A stretch of DNA of 64,000 bases from Phoronis australis (taxonomy: Eukaryota > Animalia > Phoronida): positions 10,871-74,870 of the forward strand of contig NMRA01000243.1 of the NCBI GenBank assembly GCA_002633005.1, written 5' to 3'. The notes under the pieces are model-generated. The model saw only the letters and a list, made by a program, of their open reading frames with translations. It searched no databases and had not been told where the DNA came from. Each line of letters starts with the position of its first letter. The first letter of the stretch is position 1. Both the position numbers and the translations under genes were made by a program. Of this stretch, positions 27,560 to 41,404 are shown in pieces.

Positions 27560-28100
27560 TTCGCCCCCAAGAATAAACGAAAATAGAAACATGGAGCTCC
27601 ACATTGACTCTAAAACTAACAGATTGCAAAATGTCAATAACTAGTTGACTGTAAACTCTATCTTAACACAGTGAAACTTAAATATATGTTTCTTCATTAT
27701 CGCCAGAAAGGCACAAATGACGTACGCCCACAACAATTAAAATTAACTCCACTGAAATATACAAAAATGGTTGATAATTTCAAATTCTTATTGGAATTTA
27801 TTTAAATAGTTGATTGTCCTGGACAAAACACGTACTCGAAATTTCCAATAAAATATCAAGAACAAACAGCATATTAGTATATTGAAACTTTATATTCTAA
27901 TCCACTTTTTATTCACAGTTCCTTAATTTCATCAAATTTATCATTTGGTATATGGCTGTGGGTTTTCAACAAAAGTCATTGCTTAAGACGTTTGCAAAAG
28001 CAAGCTTCGCGACATGTTTCTATGTCGCCTTCTTCTCGCATTAGCACACTATAAATTTCAAACTTTCAAAAACACTGTTTCTTCGATAAATTTAAACTGT
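27560..28100 (+). pseudogene. Degenerate CR1/L2-type LINE ORF2 C-terminal fragment
   Basis: LNTVKLKYMF...VDNFKFL...LSWTKHVLEISNKISRTNSIL...SLISSNLSFGIWLW, with frameshifts. Confidence 0.65.
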
Positions 28101-28599
28101 CTTGCTTAACGTTTTATTGCAAATTTATCAATAATCGTCTTCCACAAAATTTCCATGACTCTAGCCTTCTGTAAAAATTCCAACCAAGATGAAATATTCC
28201 TAGAAAGGAAACATTTCCTTCTCATAACAGAAAACTTTTTGACCTCAAATGTCACCTTAGAAGTGAGCTTCATCTTACATTCTGACCCAAACATGCCTTC
28301 ACTGTTTATTGAGAGGGTGCACGCAAACAAACTGTGCGACTTGGTTGCTCCTTTCCAACAGCGGCGTTTTGTTACTAGAAAACTTCTATTTGTATGAAAT
28401 TACATGAATTTTAAACCCTGTCATAGGTTGCTGCATGCACAACCTACATTCAAAAAACAGCATTTTGGTGAAATAGCGTTACACGTTTCCTTAATCATAA
28501 ATACCAGCAATTGAAAATATGGACCAAATCAAGTGATATGTATCGTGCTATGTTGTTGTCTTTGTTATGAAACTACAAGCCAGGGCTAAAGGTTACGTG

Positions 28600-29000
28600 A
28601 TGAAATGCTTGTCTGCATCACAAATGAATACAGCGGAGCTGAGAGTTCTGCAAGCGTGAGAACAATTGATGAACATGACGGCTAGGCCATTCATTATCGT
28701 AAGCTGTCAGCAGTTCGGCTACTTAATGCGGTTGACTTGAGGCAGACAGCACAGGTCGTAACTATCCGTCTGGTCCTAGCTGGCCATTCAACGATTCGAA
28801 GTTTTGAGCCTTTCCATAGATAACTAATACATTCACTCTCCTAGCGTCCAGGTCTGTATAAACGACCTTAACCACCTAGCAGCTGGAAGAACTGTTCGTG
28901 TTAACTGGGTTAAAACCCATGTTGGCATTGACGGTAACAAAGCTGCTGACAAAAATGGAGCAAGTGCACCCTCTTTTATACCAGAACCTTGCTTACCTAT
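28600..29000 (+). pseudogene. Non-LTR retrotransposon RNase H remnant
   Basis: From 28846: VQVCINDLNHLAAGRTVRVNWVKTHVGIDGNKAADK (WV.xH.GI.GNE.AD motif). Confidence 0.7.
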
Positions 29001-29879
29001 AGGAGCTACATAGTAAAGGTAAAGACACTAGGTGGAGCATACTGTCCCCGTGGACGGATGGAGAAAGGTCTGCGTCTGCAGAAAAAACAAACAAATATTT
29101 CCAAATGCTACTGAACAGATGAGTTTGTTATCAGGCGGGTGATCCTGGTTCCTTACAAAAGAAGGGTCCCTTTTGATGAAAAATTTCCCTAAATATGTGG
29201 GTTGATGACGACTCTCTAAAAGGTTGTGACTTAACCCCAATTTGACATTGCTAAAAAGTGGAATGATTTCCGAGACAGTCATAATTAGGTAGCCAACTGA
29301 TTTGGAAATTATTTGCAAAATATACAGGATATATATGTAGTATATGTCCACCTATTTGTCTCATACGTGTTTGAATAATCTGATTGCAATACCGCCATGT
29401 GGTATTGTTTTCCGTATTGAACTTCCGGTACTACTTTAACAGTGCACTCTGACATGGAAAGTTCTTGAACAGGTAGGCCAATGTCGACGCGACGTCGTTA
29501 GCCGGCTCGACCGTCAAACTTTCCCATAATATTTTAAAATAATAAAGACCTTATTCGACGTATCGACCGAGACCGCGTTTCTTCGGTTAGGGGTGCGTTC
29601 CTTGGACGCAATGATACCGAGAAAATGTTAAACCACGCTAGACCACAAAATTACACTAGTGAAAGTTCAGTGTTTAGCCAGTATGTCCAAGATTTAACTC
29701 TCATAACCTATAGGAAAATGGCGACCACTGAAGTAAATGGTCATTGAGATTGGAATGCTGAATTCTGGGATAAAATTCGTTTTTCCGTTTCATAAGCGGA
29801 TTTTTTGCCTCAGGTACATCGTGTGTTTCACAGGTTTAGATAACTCACCACAGGTCATTCAACGTAGTGATCTTTACAG

Positions 29880-30028
29880 TTTCAGCTGCCTCACGCTAGA
29901 GGGAGCTCAGGAGGGGCTACGCGCATCATTCGTAAGGCTTATGAAGAACCGGTGTACGTTAACATGATGATCGACGCTTACCCGATGTGGCACACTCTGG
30001 AGAAGGAAACTGGGGTCGACCTTTACAA
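29880..30028 (+). CDS. PIPOX: PIPOX-like, exon 2
   Basis: FQLPHARGSSGGATRIIRKAYEEPVYVNMMIDAYPMWHTLEKETGVDLY; AG/GT; phase 0->2. Confidence 0.92.
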
Positions 30029-32531
30029 GTGAGAATTCTTTAACGAGATGTGACATAAGCTGACTCACAAAGATTTTTGTCTGTTCGGTTTTGAAACCGT
30101 CGTACTGGTGAATAATCTTCACACTTTTCATTTTTTCGCCCTCACCTAGAAAAATACAACAAATGACTGAACATCAATATTTTTCAGCATAGCTTACCCT
30201 TAAATTAAACACGCAGCACTGTTGCTCAAATTTTGCAATTCTTCGCGTAAAAATCACGGTCACCGCACTTGGAGAGTTATGCATTGACCTGTATGCCCAA
30301 CATGAACTGACAGTTTACGCCAAGACAAGAACAACTGAATCCGCTACCTCTTCACTCAACTGTTGCGTGTCCAAAACTTGACGTGAGCTGTCATCTAAGC
30401 TGTCGTTCACTTGGGGCAGACAGCTAAGCTTGTAACTTTTCGTCTGCGGTGGCTCAACCTCCTCTATATAGTTGCCTCCGTAGCTATCTCTCAACAGCAC
30501 GTATGACGTCATCATCGCTACCGTGATAATGGCCATCCTGGCAGAGCAGGGAGTATTCGGCAAAGGTTCCGTGGGCGGGTTCATTCTCTTTAAGGATTAC
30601 ACATACATGTAGTCCTACTCGAAGTTTCCTTGCCTTTTTTCTTTGATTGCCGCCTTCAGTTCCCTCTCAGAACTCTAGCCCTGGAATTCTAACTTCGATC
30701 TCGCGCTGCTGAACTTATACGCATGCGTGGAATGGTTTGCCTTTGTTTGTTCCGGTGTTGGTATTTGCTAAGGAATTTAGTGTCACTAATAATTTTCGCA
30801 TCTTCGCCGTTTTTCAACCGAATTGCATAGCAGTAATATCATTAGAAAATTCTTCATCTGTTTTTGATGATTATATTAAAATCAAATAATAAATAACTTA
30901 ATTCATTAGTAATTATCACAGCAGAGTGGTTTAATTTTTTATTCTAAAAACCATGAATGTTACCAAAATGGGTAAAATAACAGTGTGTAATTTTAACATA
31001 AAAAGAAATGAACAAGAGCGGTTTTAGAATGATTAGTCTAACAAGCTAAAAAATATTTTTTATGATTCAAAAGTTTTCAACCCTACAAAGACAACGATTT
31101 TAGAATCTGGAAATGTCACAGTTGCTGTAGAGACTTAAGGCATGTATCCAAAATTATTCATGTTTTTGTATTATAATTAATTGGACGTTTGGTGCCGTTT
31201 TATGCAATTGCATTCTTCAGTAGGAGTTCAGGATGTAGTGGCATTTGCATAAAATGTGATAAACTAATTACTTCTAAAAGAACTAGTTACATGTATATAA
31301 AAATGGCAAACATCTATTACGTATCTTTGAAATGTTCTGTGGGTGGATCATTACTTTAGTTTCAGTGTAAAAGACTTTGCATATAAAGAAGCTTGTTTCT
31401 TCGGAAAGCAAAGATTAGTGACCCTAATATGTGTGGTGTATGATAACATGAGCAATGCACACTGGAAAACATTTTTTACGATTGTTACGTTACTAATGAC
31501 TCCGGAAAACAACAATATTACGTCATAACAAGGAAACAATGTAACTTTGAACATCTACTACAAAGTTGCCACGGTCAACATTTAAGAACAAAAAATGGAA
31601 CAACTGGATTGAAAAGCGTTACTTCCGGGTAAAAAGCGGTCTAAGACAAAACAGGAGAGTGAAACGTTCGCCGTAACACATAAAAAGTCCCGACAGCATT
31701 TTTTGTCGAGCGGGAGACGTAACATCCAAATATAACAATTTTTTTGCTTTTTAATCGAATGGTAAATTGGGAGTGCCGCAAAAGCCCATGAAAGTCCTGT
31801 TTTTTATTTTAAGTCGAACGGTAAAATATGACTGTGTTTTGTTAGAAATTACAATATTATAAGCAGATTATTACATAGTGAAGTCGTTCCGTAACCTAGA
31901 GCCCGAGTGGTTTTAGGAGAATTATCGCCTGAGGGGCGCTGTGATACTGCAAAATCCACGAGGGCTCTAGATCAGGGGGATAACGACCGGGAACATGTTA
32001 TAATCTATTTATACCACATAGTGAATGAGAAACATTGCAATGAATCAATCTAGCTTTCTCGACTCGTCTCGGCTTTGTTACTACTTTCTGTGTCAAAGGA
32101 CCGCGGTCGGAGGTCGTGACCTCTTAATAAACCCCGAGTTATTCTTGTTAAAATAATGTTTTTTTATTCAAAATCAAATGAAAATTTAAACAAAATAGAA
32201 CTTAAGTGATTCTACAAAATAAGTTCTAAGCAACTAGCTTAGTTTACTACACATCTCATCATGCTAAGCTTCCACACTGAAAACATCGTCTGCTAAAGTA
32301 GGTTACCACTGGTTACTGAGTAGAATGTCCAATTCGAAGGATCCCGTCCACATGTTACCCGCATTTATACTGAAGATCGATGATTTACAAGTGAGAGAAT
32401 TTTGATTGATAAATTTTACTGAATTAAAGATGTCGTTTTTATTGAAATTGTGCGTCTTTTTTCACAACGTATAAATGTCGGTACAATCAATGCTGGTTGT
32501 TGAACATGCAATTGTTTTGCGTACTCATTTA

Positions 32532-34600
32532 CACGGGTGAGAAACAACATGACCGCCGGTCCTCCAAATCAGACTGACTCATCACAAAACAGGACCTACA
32601 GGGATCAAATGGGACCGCCACACCAGAAAATTAGACCGACGCACCTAAAAACATGACCGCCCCATCAAAAACAGGACCGCCGGACACTGAACATGACCGC
32701 AGGGGATTGAAACCGCAATGACAAACCCTCTCAGTTTTATTACGGTCACTTTGACTGTAGGCCTACACAGATCATACAATGGGGCTATATATGTGTGCAT
32801 AGGTAGGTCTTATGCCGATAAATCCACCGAAATCCTTTGTGCGGTACGGGACACTTCGCTTAGTAAAACACGGCGCTTTTGAGTTTTACTTCACTAGGCT
32901 CTGCTGCGGTATGTGACTTGTCGGCATTTACCTAATCAATGTAACCACAAACCAACCACCTTGAACGCTTTTGAGCTAAATAATTATAAATTTTATCCAC
33001 TGTGTAAGTTTTAGAATAAAATGAAATTCATTTTCTCCAATTTGACGTTTTAGTCAAGTAAGAAAACGGGAGTTCTGGCTCTCGGGTGAAGCATCATCAT
33101 AACTAATCTTGTGCGCAAAGCTGTATACTTAATATACAGCTTTGCGCCGATGTAAGTAAAAACTGAACAATTAAGTAGAATCTTCACAGAATTAGTGTCA
33201 GTATTAACGACACTCTTCCTTGAATAACTAAATTATTTATCGACGCTCTGGAAAAATCTTTTTTGTCGTTCTGCCGTTATTCTGCTGCTAAAATTGTTAT
33301 GCGTTCTGTTAGGTCGGCTTTCATTGGCCATTTCCTTTTTCCCCTATTCTTCAATCAGCTGTTCTTCTTTTCTTCGAGGTTACGTACATTGCAAAACAAA
33401 TTATCGAAATGTTTATTAATAAACCCCGGTAATTAAAATTATACGGATGAAACAAGATTTAAATGTGTGCAGTTTTAGTGTTTGGGGGAGGGCTCAGATC
33501 CAATTTCAAGTGTCAAATTCGGAACACAGCGCATTCGTAATGGAACTATGGCTAAGTATAGGCTCTCTCGCGATATCCCAGGCGACCGGCAGTGGCGCTG
33601 CGCACTACGACTCCGTTTCCGTCGTCTGCTCTACTGTGCGATGAACAAAATTTACTTCATTTTTTAAAGAAAATGGAACCTGAGTGACGATGAAAGAACA
33701 GAAGCTGCAGGTAAGATGTGAATTTTAATCGAAGCCTTAGTGAATCACTCAGAAACTCATAATTCTCTCTTTGTCAAACCTTAACTTAAGACGATTTTCA
33801 AAGCAATCCCGTCATTATTGCCTACACGAAAAACGGATTTGTTCTTTTGGGCATTTGAATATTATTTTAAATACAACAAATTTGTTAAAAACCGATTGCA
33901 CAAAAGAAAAAAGGGGAAATAAGCATTACAAAAAAGTAGGTTTTGCGCGCAAACGCTGTGGACCATAAACAAGTAGGTCTCTTAGTATAAGGGTAGCAAT
34001 TAAATTGTGGTGGCGTAGTGGTAAAGCACGCGCGCTCTATCCGCCAGGTCGTGAGTTCGAGTCTGCGGTACTGGCAGTTGTTCCTGTTTGACACGTTCTC
34101 CATGTTTTTTTTGCTTTTTTTCTTGGATAATACTTAGGAATCAAGGAAAATGCTTGATTTTAGAGGAAAAATTTCCTAGGCGGGAAGGGGTCAAACCCCC
34201 GTGCCAACCTCCCCCCATTCTGTGCTATGCGCATCTACAATCGTGATTTGCGCAAATGCTTACGGCCGGACAAAATGTTGCCATCCCCTTGTGATATCCT
34301 AGATCCGCCACTGTCTTTACACAGCTTGCTGACCGGTTACGTCAATAACCCGCAGTATCACACAAAGGCATTGAAACCTACATTTTGTCCGGTGGACATG
34401 TTCAGGGGCTAATTTGTGGTGGGGCGGTCATGTTTTTAGGTGCGTCTGACGCACCTAAATCATGACCGCCTCACCAGAAAATGGGACTGACTGTCAGTCC
34501 CATTTTCTGGTGTGGCGGTCCCATTTGATAGCCGTACGTCCTGTTTTGAGTGAGTCGATCCGATTTGGAGGACCGGCGGTCATCTTGTTTCTCACCCGTG
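32532..34600. mobile_element. Non-autonomous Transib-like DNA transposon
   Basis: ATTTA|CACGGGTGAGAAACAA ... TTGTTTCTCACCCGTG|ATTTA: CAC..GTG termini, perfect 5-bp TSD, long TIRs with GACCGC repeats. Confidence 0.8.
34006..34077 (+). repeat. tRNA-derived (SINE-head-like) sequence inside the Transib-like element; similar heads at about 22765-22835 and 34675-34740
   Basis: A-box TGGCGTAGTGG and B-box GTTCGAGTC; no intact cloverleaf. Confidence 0.55.
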
Positions 34601-35261
34601 ATTTAAGCAAAGGTACTATAAAGTCTTTGATTTAAGTCTTCTGTTTTCACGTACGATGATGTCAGCTGCTGAAATGCGCAGTGGCTAAGTTGACGGCTTG
34701 AACCTTCAGCGATGTGGGTTCGAATACGCCCTCGGGATCCCGCCAGAATATTATTCAACACGTACTAAGATGGTTATTCAACGGTTGTATTGGAACTGTC
34801 AGACTAATAACGTGCTTTAAAGCAGGTTATACGACATCACCTCAGGCAGTATAAGCTGGACCCTATCAGTGATTTGACTAGGCCTTTGTCTGGTCTCCAG
34901 CTGCAGGTAATAAACAGGGTAATTCGGACAAGTTAATGAGCTACTTTCATTCAGTGAATATGAATGTACTGTTGTCAAATTTAGAATCTAGTTGTAATGG
35001 GTTATAAACAGAGGCGGATCTACGGGGGGGGGGGGTCAGGGAGTTCAAATCCCCCGGCCGTCGGGACAAGATCAAAAATACGAAATAAAAAAATGTCGCC
35101 AGGACACCCGGAAATCAGGTACTAAAAACAAAAAAAAATCTTACACGGGAGGAGGGATACCCTCTGCCGACGTGTACTGGGGCATTGGTTTTGTTTGTTT
35201 GTAAACAGTCGAGTCTTATGCTAAGGCAATGAATGGTTCGGATGTTCCGGCGTAACATCAT

Positions 35262-38200
35262 GTAAATTTAGGAAGTGTATTTATATGATGTTGACAACAG
35301 ATGACAACGACTTTCAGACGGATCTGACAACCGGTGTATCCCCTAGTGGCAATTTTCGTTTTTTAGAATTAGCTCTGTATCTTCAAAGGTCCTCGACGTA
35401 TTTTCATAAAATTTGGCACGCTATTCTTCCGTTTTGGGATGGATTTGACTTAGTTTGCGCCACCTAGAGGCCATTTTTACTGTTTTCAAGTCTGTTTTTT
35501 TGAGTCCACCCCTCTATCAACCAAACCGTTCTAAGGATGATTGTGTTACTACGACGAGGGCAGCTGACGATGATTTTCCGATGACTTCGACTACTGTGGC
35601 GCCTCCTAGTGGCCCATGGCTATATCTCCTAAACCGTTTGCAGGATCTTTACTAAATTTAGCAAGTGTATTTATTATGCGCCCACATATTTATATGTGGA
35701 CACATTATGCCGTCATCCCCGTCGGTCCGTTTGGCGTCCGTTGCTCTGTCTCCAAAACCCTTTGACGTGCGTTCACGAAATATTGTACATTTGTTCCTTT
35801 CATGAACGGGAGGGCATGACCGAACTTTCGGACGGATCCGACTACCGGTGTACCCCCTAGTGGCAATTTTATTTTTTTACGTTTACCTATGTATTTTCAA
35901 AGGTCCTCAACCTATTTTCATAAAATTTCGCATGTAGGCATCTATTAGTGAAGTGATGTTATGATCCCGTTTTCTGATGGATTTGACGTAGTTTGCGCCA
36001 CCTAGTGGCCATTTTTGCTGTTTTCGAGCCTGTTTTTGGCGTCCACCCCTCTATCAACCAAACTGCTCTAAGGATGATTGTGAAATTTGGCATGTATGTT
36101 CCTTCTATGAAAAGGACGTCTGACGCTGATTTTCCGACGATTTCGACAACTGTGGCGCCTCCTAATGGCAGTTTTGTTTTTTTTTGCGCCCATGATTGTA
36201 TCTCCTTAACCGTTAGCAGGAACTTTATTGAATTTAGCAAGTGTATTTATATGATGCTGACAACAGACAGTGACGTCTTTCAGATGGATCTGGCTACCGG
36301 TGTGCCCCTTAGTGGCAATTTTATTTTTTAACGTTTACATCTGTATCTTCAAAGGTCTTCGACCCATTTTCATAATATTCTGCATATAGGCATCTATTAG
36401 TGAGATGACGCTATCATTCCGTTTTCAGATGGATTCGACGTAGCTTGAGCCACCTAGTGGCCATTTTTTACTGTTTTCGAGCCTGTTTTTGGTGTCTACC
36501 CCACTATCAACCAAACTGCTCTATGGATGATTGCGAAAATTGGCATGTATGTTGTTACTACCACTAGGGCAGCTAACGATAATTTTCCGATGACTTCGAC
36601 TACCGTGGCGCTTCCTAGTGACAGTTTTGTTCTTTTTGCACCCATGTCTGTATCTCCTAAACCGTTTGCAGGATCTTTACTAAATTTAGCAAGTGTTTTT
36701 ATATGATGTTTACAACTGATGACGAAAACTTTTGAATGGATCTGACTACCGGCGTGCCCCCTAGCGGCAGTTTTAGTTTTTTTAGGTTTACTTCTGTATC
36801 TTCAAAGGTCCTAAATGTATTTTCAGAAAATTTGGAATACCGGCGATTTGGTGAGATGGTGCTATCCTACCGTTTTCATATGGAATCGAGATACTTTGCG
36901 CCATCTAGTGGCTATTTTTCCTGTTTTCAAGTCTGTTTTGGCGTCCACCCCTCGATCAACCAACCATTCTAAGGATGATTTTGAAAATGGGCGTATATGT
37001 TCTCGGTGTGAAGAGGACGGTAGACGATGACGACGTCGACTACTGTGGCGCCTCCTAGTGATAATTTTTTTGTTTTACACCCATAGCTCCATCTCCTAAA
37101 CCCCCTGCAGGAACTTTCTTAAGGTAGGTGTATACACTGATCAAATCTCCAGGTTCCTAACTAAAATGAGTAAAAAGGGAGTTTTAACTAGTTAGACATG
37201 ACTCTGAAAGTGACAAAAATCGAAAAAAAAGTTTTCTTTGTAGTTCGTTTTTTTTAAAAATTGTATTTTTTAATTTTCAAAAAATCCAATTTTACCTCGA
37301 TTTTTTTTCAAAATGTACAGGGATCATCATCAACTGTTTCCTTACGCAATATTCTACTTATCCATACCAAATATATGTACAAAATCATTATGATCTTGAT
37401 TTTGTGGCATTTTTTGTGTGTGAGTTGGGGCAAGCACGCCACTTTTTGTCATTTGGTCACTTTCCGTCTAATAACTAAAAATCTGGTCCATTTATCAAAA
37501 AACCCTGGCACGCGATTTTACTTCAGTCCAAGAGGATTTCAAATTTGCAACTTTCGTTAAAATTGACCCACGTGTTGTGGAAAAATAGGCCCGAGAATCG
37601 TGTCACTATCCTGAAATCACGAGCCGAGAAAAACGGCTTTGAAGTTAAGCGGTCATCGATTGCCACTTGAGATCAAATTTCGTTCAGAATGCGTGGTCAT
37701 TATGTTCCAATTTTTGTTGAAGTACTAGAAATAAAGCTGATATTTACTTCATATTTAGAAAATGTGACATACCTGTTTGTTTACAGCGTAATTTTAATCA
37801 TTTTTTCGAACTTGTGATGCACGACAGACGACCAAAACAAATATGGCTGTCACGTGGGCGGAGCTTAGCGTTGATCTATTGTCTGCTGTACTGGTGTGCC
37901 GACCACCATGTGTTGATTGTTTATACGATTCATCTGAACTCTCCACTCAGTTTGTAAAAGACTCTCTAACTATATTACACAGACCTATTTGTTAGTATTC
38001 CAATATTATCATCAACCAATATATGTGTTATATCAAATCGCCGCGTTACTGCCTACATAACAATATTGGCGACGAGGATAAAGAACTACTTTCATAGTAA
38101 TGGTTCAACATTTTTACGTGCCTGTACCGAATGGACTTTGGGATAAGAAAATATCACTTTCTGCGCAAATAGCGCCGCTTGGGTGAGATTCTCAAGTTAC

Positions 38201-38971
38201 TAAAGTTTCTTATATTGCTTTCCTCTAAAATCGTATAATATCATGAGTTTTAATTCAGGGTTACGTTTGAATCTATGCACTAGAAAATTTTTTGTTATGT
38301 TGAACACTGGGTCATTTCTCTAATTCTTTGGGTTACGGCCAGTGGCAAGTTAAAAATCCTCTGGGTTTGACAGCCTAGTTTCTCCACGGCGCGTTCCCAG
38401 CACAGAAGCACGGTTTATCTGCGAAGACTCTACTCTGACGGCATGTAGTTGTCCATGTGTCCTTGTATATAAGCTCCGCCCCAGTTGTCAATCACTGAGC
38501 TGGTGAGCACTCAAGCCATATGACTTACTGAGGCTTGGTCAAATATAGCTAAAAACAACTTTGGATTTTCAGAATGATTTTATTTTTCTTCAGTATACTG
38601 TGCATCAAGAATTAAAGATTAGGATGACATAAAAATGTAAAAAACAGTCGAAATTAATTTTTTTGTGTATCCACCTACCTTAAATTTAGTAATTGTATTT
38701 ATATGATGGTAACAATAGACGACGACGTCTTTCTGTCGAATTCAGCGAATGCTGTGCCCCATAGTGGCACTTTCATATGTTCCGTTTTCTTTTCATGAAA
38801 TTTGGTAAACAGTTTCTATTAAAGAAGCAATGCCATGATTCCGTTTTCAGATGGATTGGACATTTTTGCGCCATCTATTGGCCAGTTTTATGAAACAAAT
38901 AAACAGCCCTTGAAGAACACCATTTGCGGTGCATTCGTGAGCGCATGTCAACGCTCTGCGTTACTCTCGTA
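35262..38971 (+). mobile_element. Helentron-associated (HINE/DINE-1-like) element with internal ~450-bp (3 x ~150-bp) tandem repeats; main copy starts about 35672 inside an older copy; interrupted by a Kolobok-like insertion
   Basis: 5' subTIR ATGCGCCCAC (35676) with inverted partner, GTCC-rich tract, tandem array, 3' GTGAGCGCAT and hairpin near 38937-38965. Confidence 0.75.
37123..38679. mobile_element. Non-autonomous Kolobok-like element nested in the HINE
   Basis: TTAA|GGTAGGTGTATACAC ... GTGTATCCACCTACC|TTAA; removing it restores the HINE repeat unit. Confidence 0.85.
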
Positions 38972-41404
38972 TGTTATAGAAAACGCGCATGTATAAACCG
39001 GAGGCTAACTACTCAGTTCACTGCTCGAAGTAGACTCTTATCGAGTTTCAAAAGAAATCATAACATTTGTTGTTTTCGCTGAAGTTCAACTAAAATCAAT
39101 TTCCCCACAGGCTACAATATGTACCTTTATTGATGAACTGTCAGTTTAAGACATTTAAAAATATTTCTTTCACATAGCTACGCGCGTAGTAATACTGTAT
39201 AGACAATCAAATCAGCTGATCCGAATTACAGCTATCTCCCACAAAACGTGTCCATTTTTGTGGGAGAAAGGTCAATACTCATGAAACATGAAATCAAACG
39301 TCTTAATTCTCCAGGCAACTCTTATCTTGAAGTAAAATAAAAAGTGATCAAACGGGAAGATTTGCGGTTTCTGACCGTCCGGAGTAGCTCGCCTGCCTAC
39401 TCCGTACGGTCTATCACGACAATATAGCGTTATAGAAATATGGGTAGTGATTTGGTGGAGGGATGATCAGAGTAAAGTACTTAAACGAGACCGAAGTTCG
39501 AGTGAAAATACATCACATCAGCACGTCATATACATTTTTATACTACACATTTCGGGATTTTTCATTGCGTTTCTTTGCTCAGACTAGCGCGTAGGAATGC
39601 ACGTCATGAAACTTTAGTCCACATAAATTATCTAGGTCGAAGCAAAACAACAGAGCAGAATCGTGGATAATCTTTAATTTCTTAAGTTTCAAACTAGCAT
39701 ATCAAGATTAGGACAAGGTTAACACACTTTAAATATTCGACGAACTGTTTGTAACTACTATGGAACTGGAATTGAAAGAAATTTAACTGTAAATAGGAAA
39801 CCAAACGTCGGCTGGTCCATCTTGACTCAGTCAGACGGCGGAAAGTGAGCAGACGACATTGATGAATTGCATTAAATTGATATTTGCATCATATTTTCGT
39901 GGGAATTTATTTCGCGGTTTTATTTTGATTTGTTAGAATGTATATTTTTGTTTGCATCTAAACTAGGTAACGAGTATTGTTGCATTCCCAGTGACCTAGT
40001 GACCTAGAGCTTATTTGTGACTTGCGTCGATCAAAAACTTTATCGGATCATTCTTGCTTCATATTGCGTTGTTTTACTCAAAGTTTTGGTAATTACTATA
40101 AGGTATAATTGCAATGTATATATTATCTTACTTTAGGTTCTTTTTTAGCTTTAATTCAGTCGGTAAACGTTGTATTTTCGGATTGTTTTCTGGTAATCGG
40201 CGGTTGACCCAGATAAATAAGAATTCCGAGACCATAGACATTTTGATGTCTATGTCCGAGACCATATGAGTTATCCTTTTGCAGAGAAAGTAATCCGTAG
40301 CACGAGACTTTATTTGTCAGTAGTTATTTGTCAGTGGACCAGTTACTTGACTCTTACACGTCCGTTTAATGTACAGCGTGTACATGTGTGGTATAAATGC
40401 TAATATGGCAAATTTCGCCGTGTGTCAAAATGTCATTTTGATGGTGTGGCGGGATGGCGGGAAAATTGGGACAGTTCGCTAAGAGCGGGGCAACTGGAAG
40501 AAAACTTTTCATTTGGTGATTGCAGAAATTTTATTTCACTTGTATAGGCCTACTGCTCAGAAATCGAAATAACAAAATGGCATCTGGACAACAGGTAAAT
40601 ATTGCACAACTGAAATATTATTATAAAAACAATTGAAAACAATAATAATATGTCCATGCAGTTACACACACACGCACACACGCACACACACACACACACA
40701 CACACCCACATGCAAACACTCAGCTACAGAATAACGAGTATTTTTTCGAAATGTACATATATAAACACACCTGTAAGTAGGGCCTAACCTTTTCATTTAT
40801 AATCGCAGGACCGTAAACTGCTGTCAACATGATTTCAACATTAAAAATGTGTTATTGAAAAAATCCTGGCATGTAGCTTGATAGACTGTCGAGATAAAAG
40901 ATGTAAGAGGTCAGACTATTCTCGGCATCCAGCCAGGGCCACGGGTCGATGAGCATAAAGAGCGACCAATATAATTGTCAGATTTGTTGGCTAATTTTGC
41001 CGAAAAATCGCTGATTTGCTGGAACCGTACCTCAAGATCACGCTTGATAAACAACAATGACAAAATGAAATGAAGCAACGAAATTAGGCTTGATTTGATA
41101 ACTTACGCTCGACCTAAGCTGACGACCAGATAGCCGGAAATTCACAGTCCAAACTCTCGCTGCTAATAATAGAATATATACAGTAGGTCACGTGCTAGAT
41201 TTGGCATTTCAGGGTTAGCGCGCTATGGTTTCCTTAAAGAAGAATGCCATTCGATTTAATTAGTCTTTTTTACGGTCTTTAAAATCGGTCTACATCAAAA
41301 TTGCCTCTTATACAGTCGACCTCACCTTGCCGAGAGGTGTCGCGATAACCTGTGAGGAAAGTGAGAAACGACGCAGCGACGTTAGTGGTTCGTCTGCAGA
41401 GCGA

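Noticed and set aside
34006-34077. Functional tRNA gene
   Set aside because: A and B boxes present but acceptor and anticodon stems do not pair; SINE-like
35262-37120. Regularly spaced motifs as a CRISPR array
   Set aside because: Eukaryotic context, intervening sequences are themselves repeated, and no cas genes
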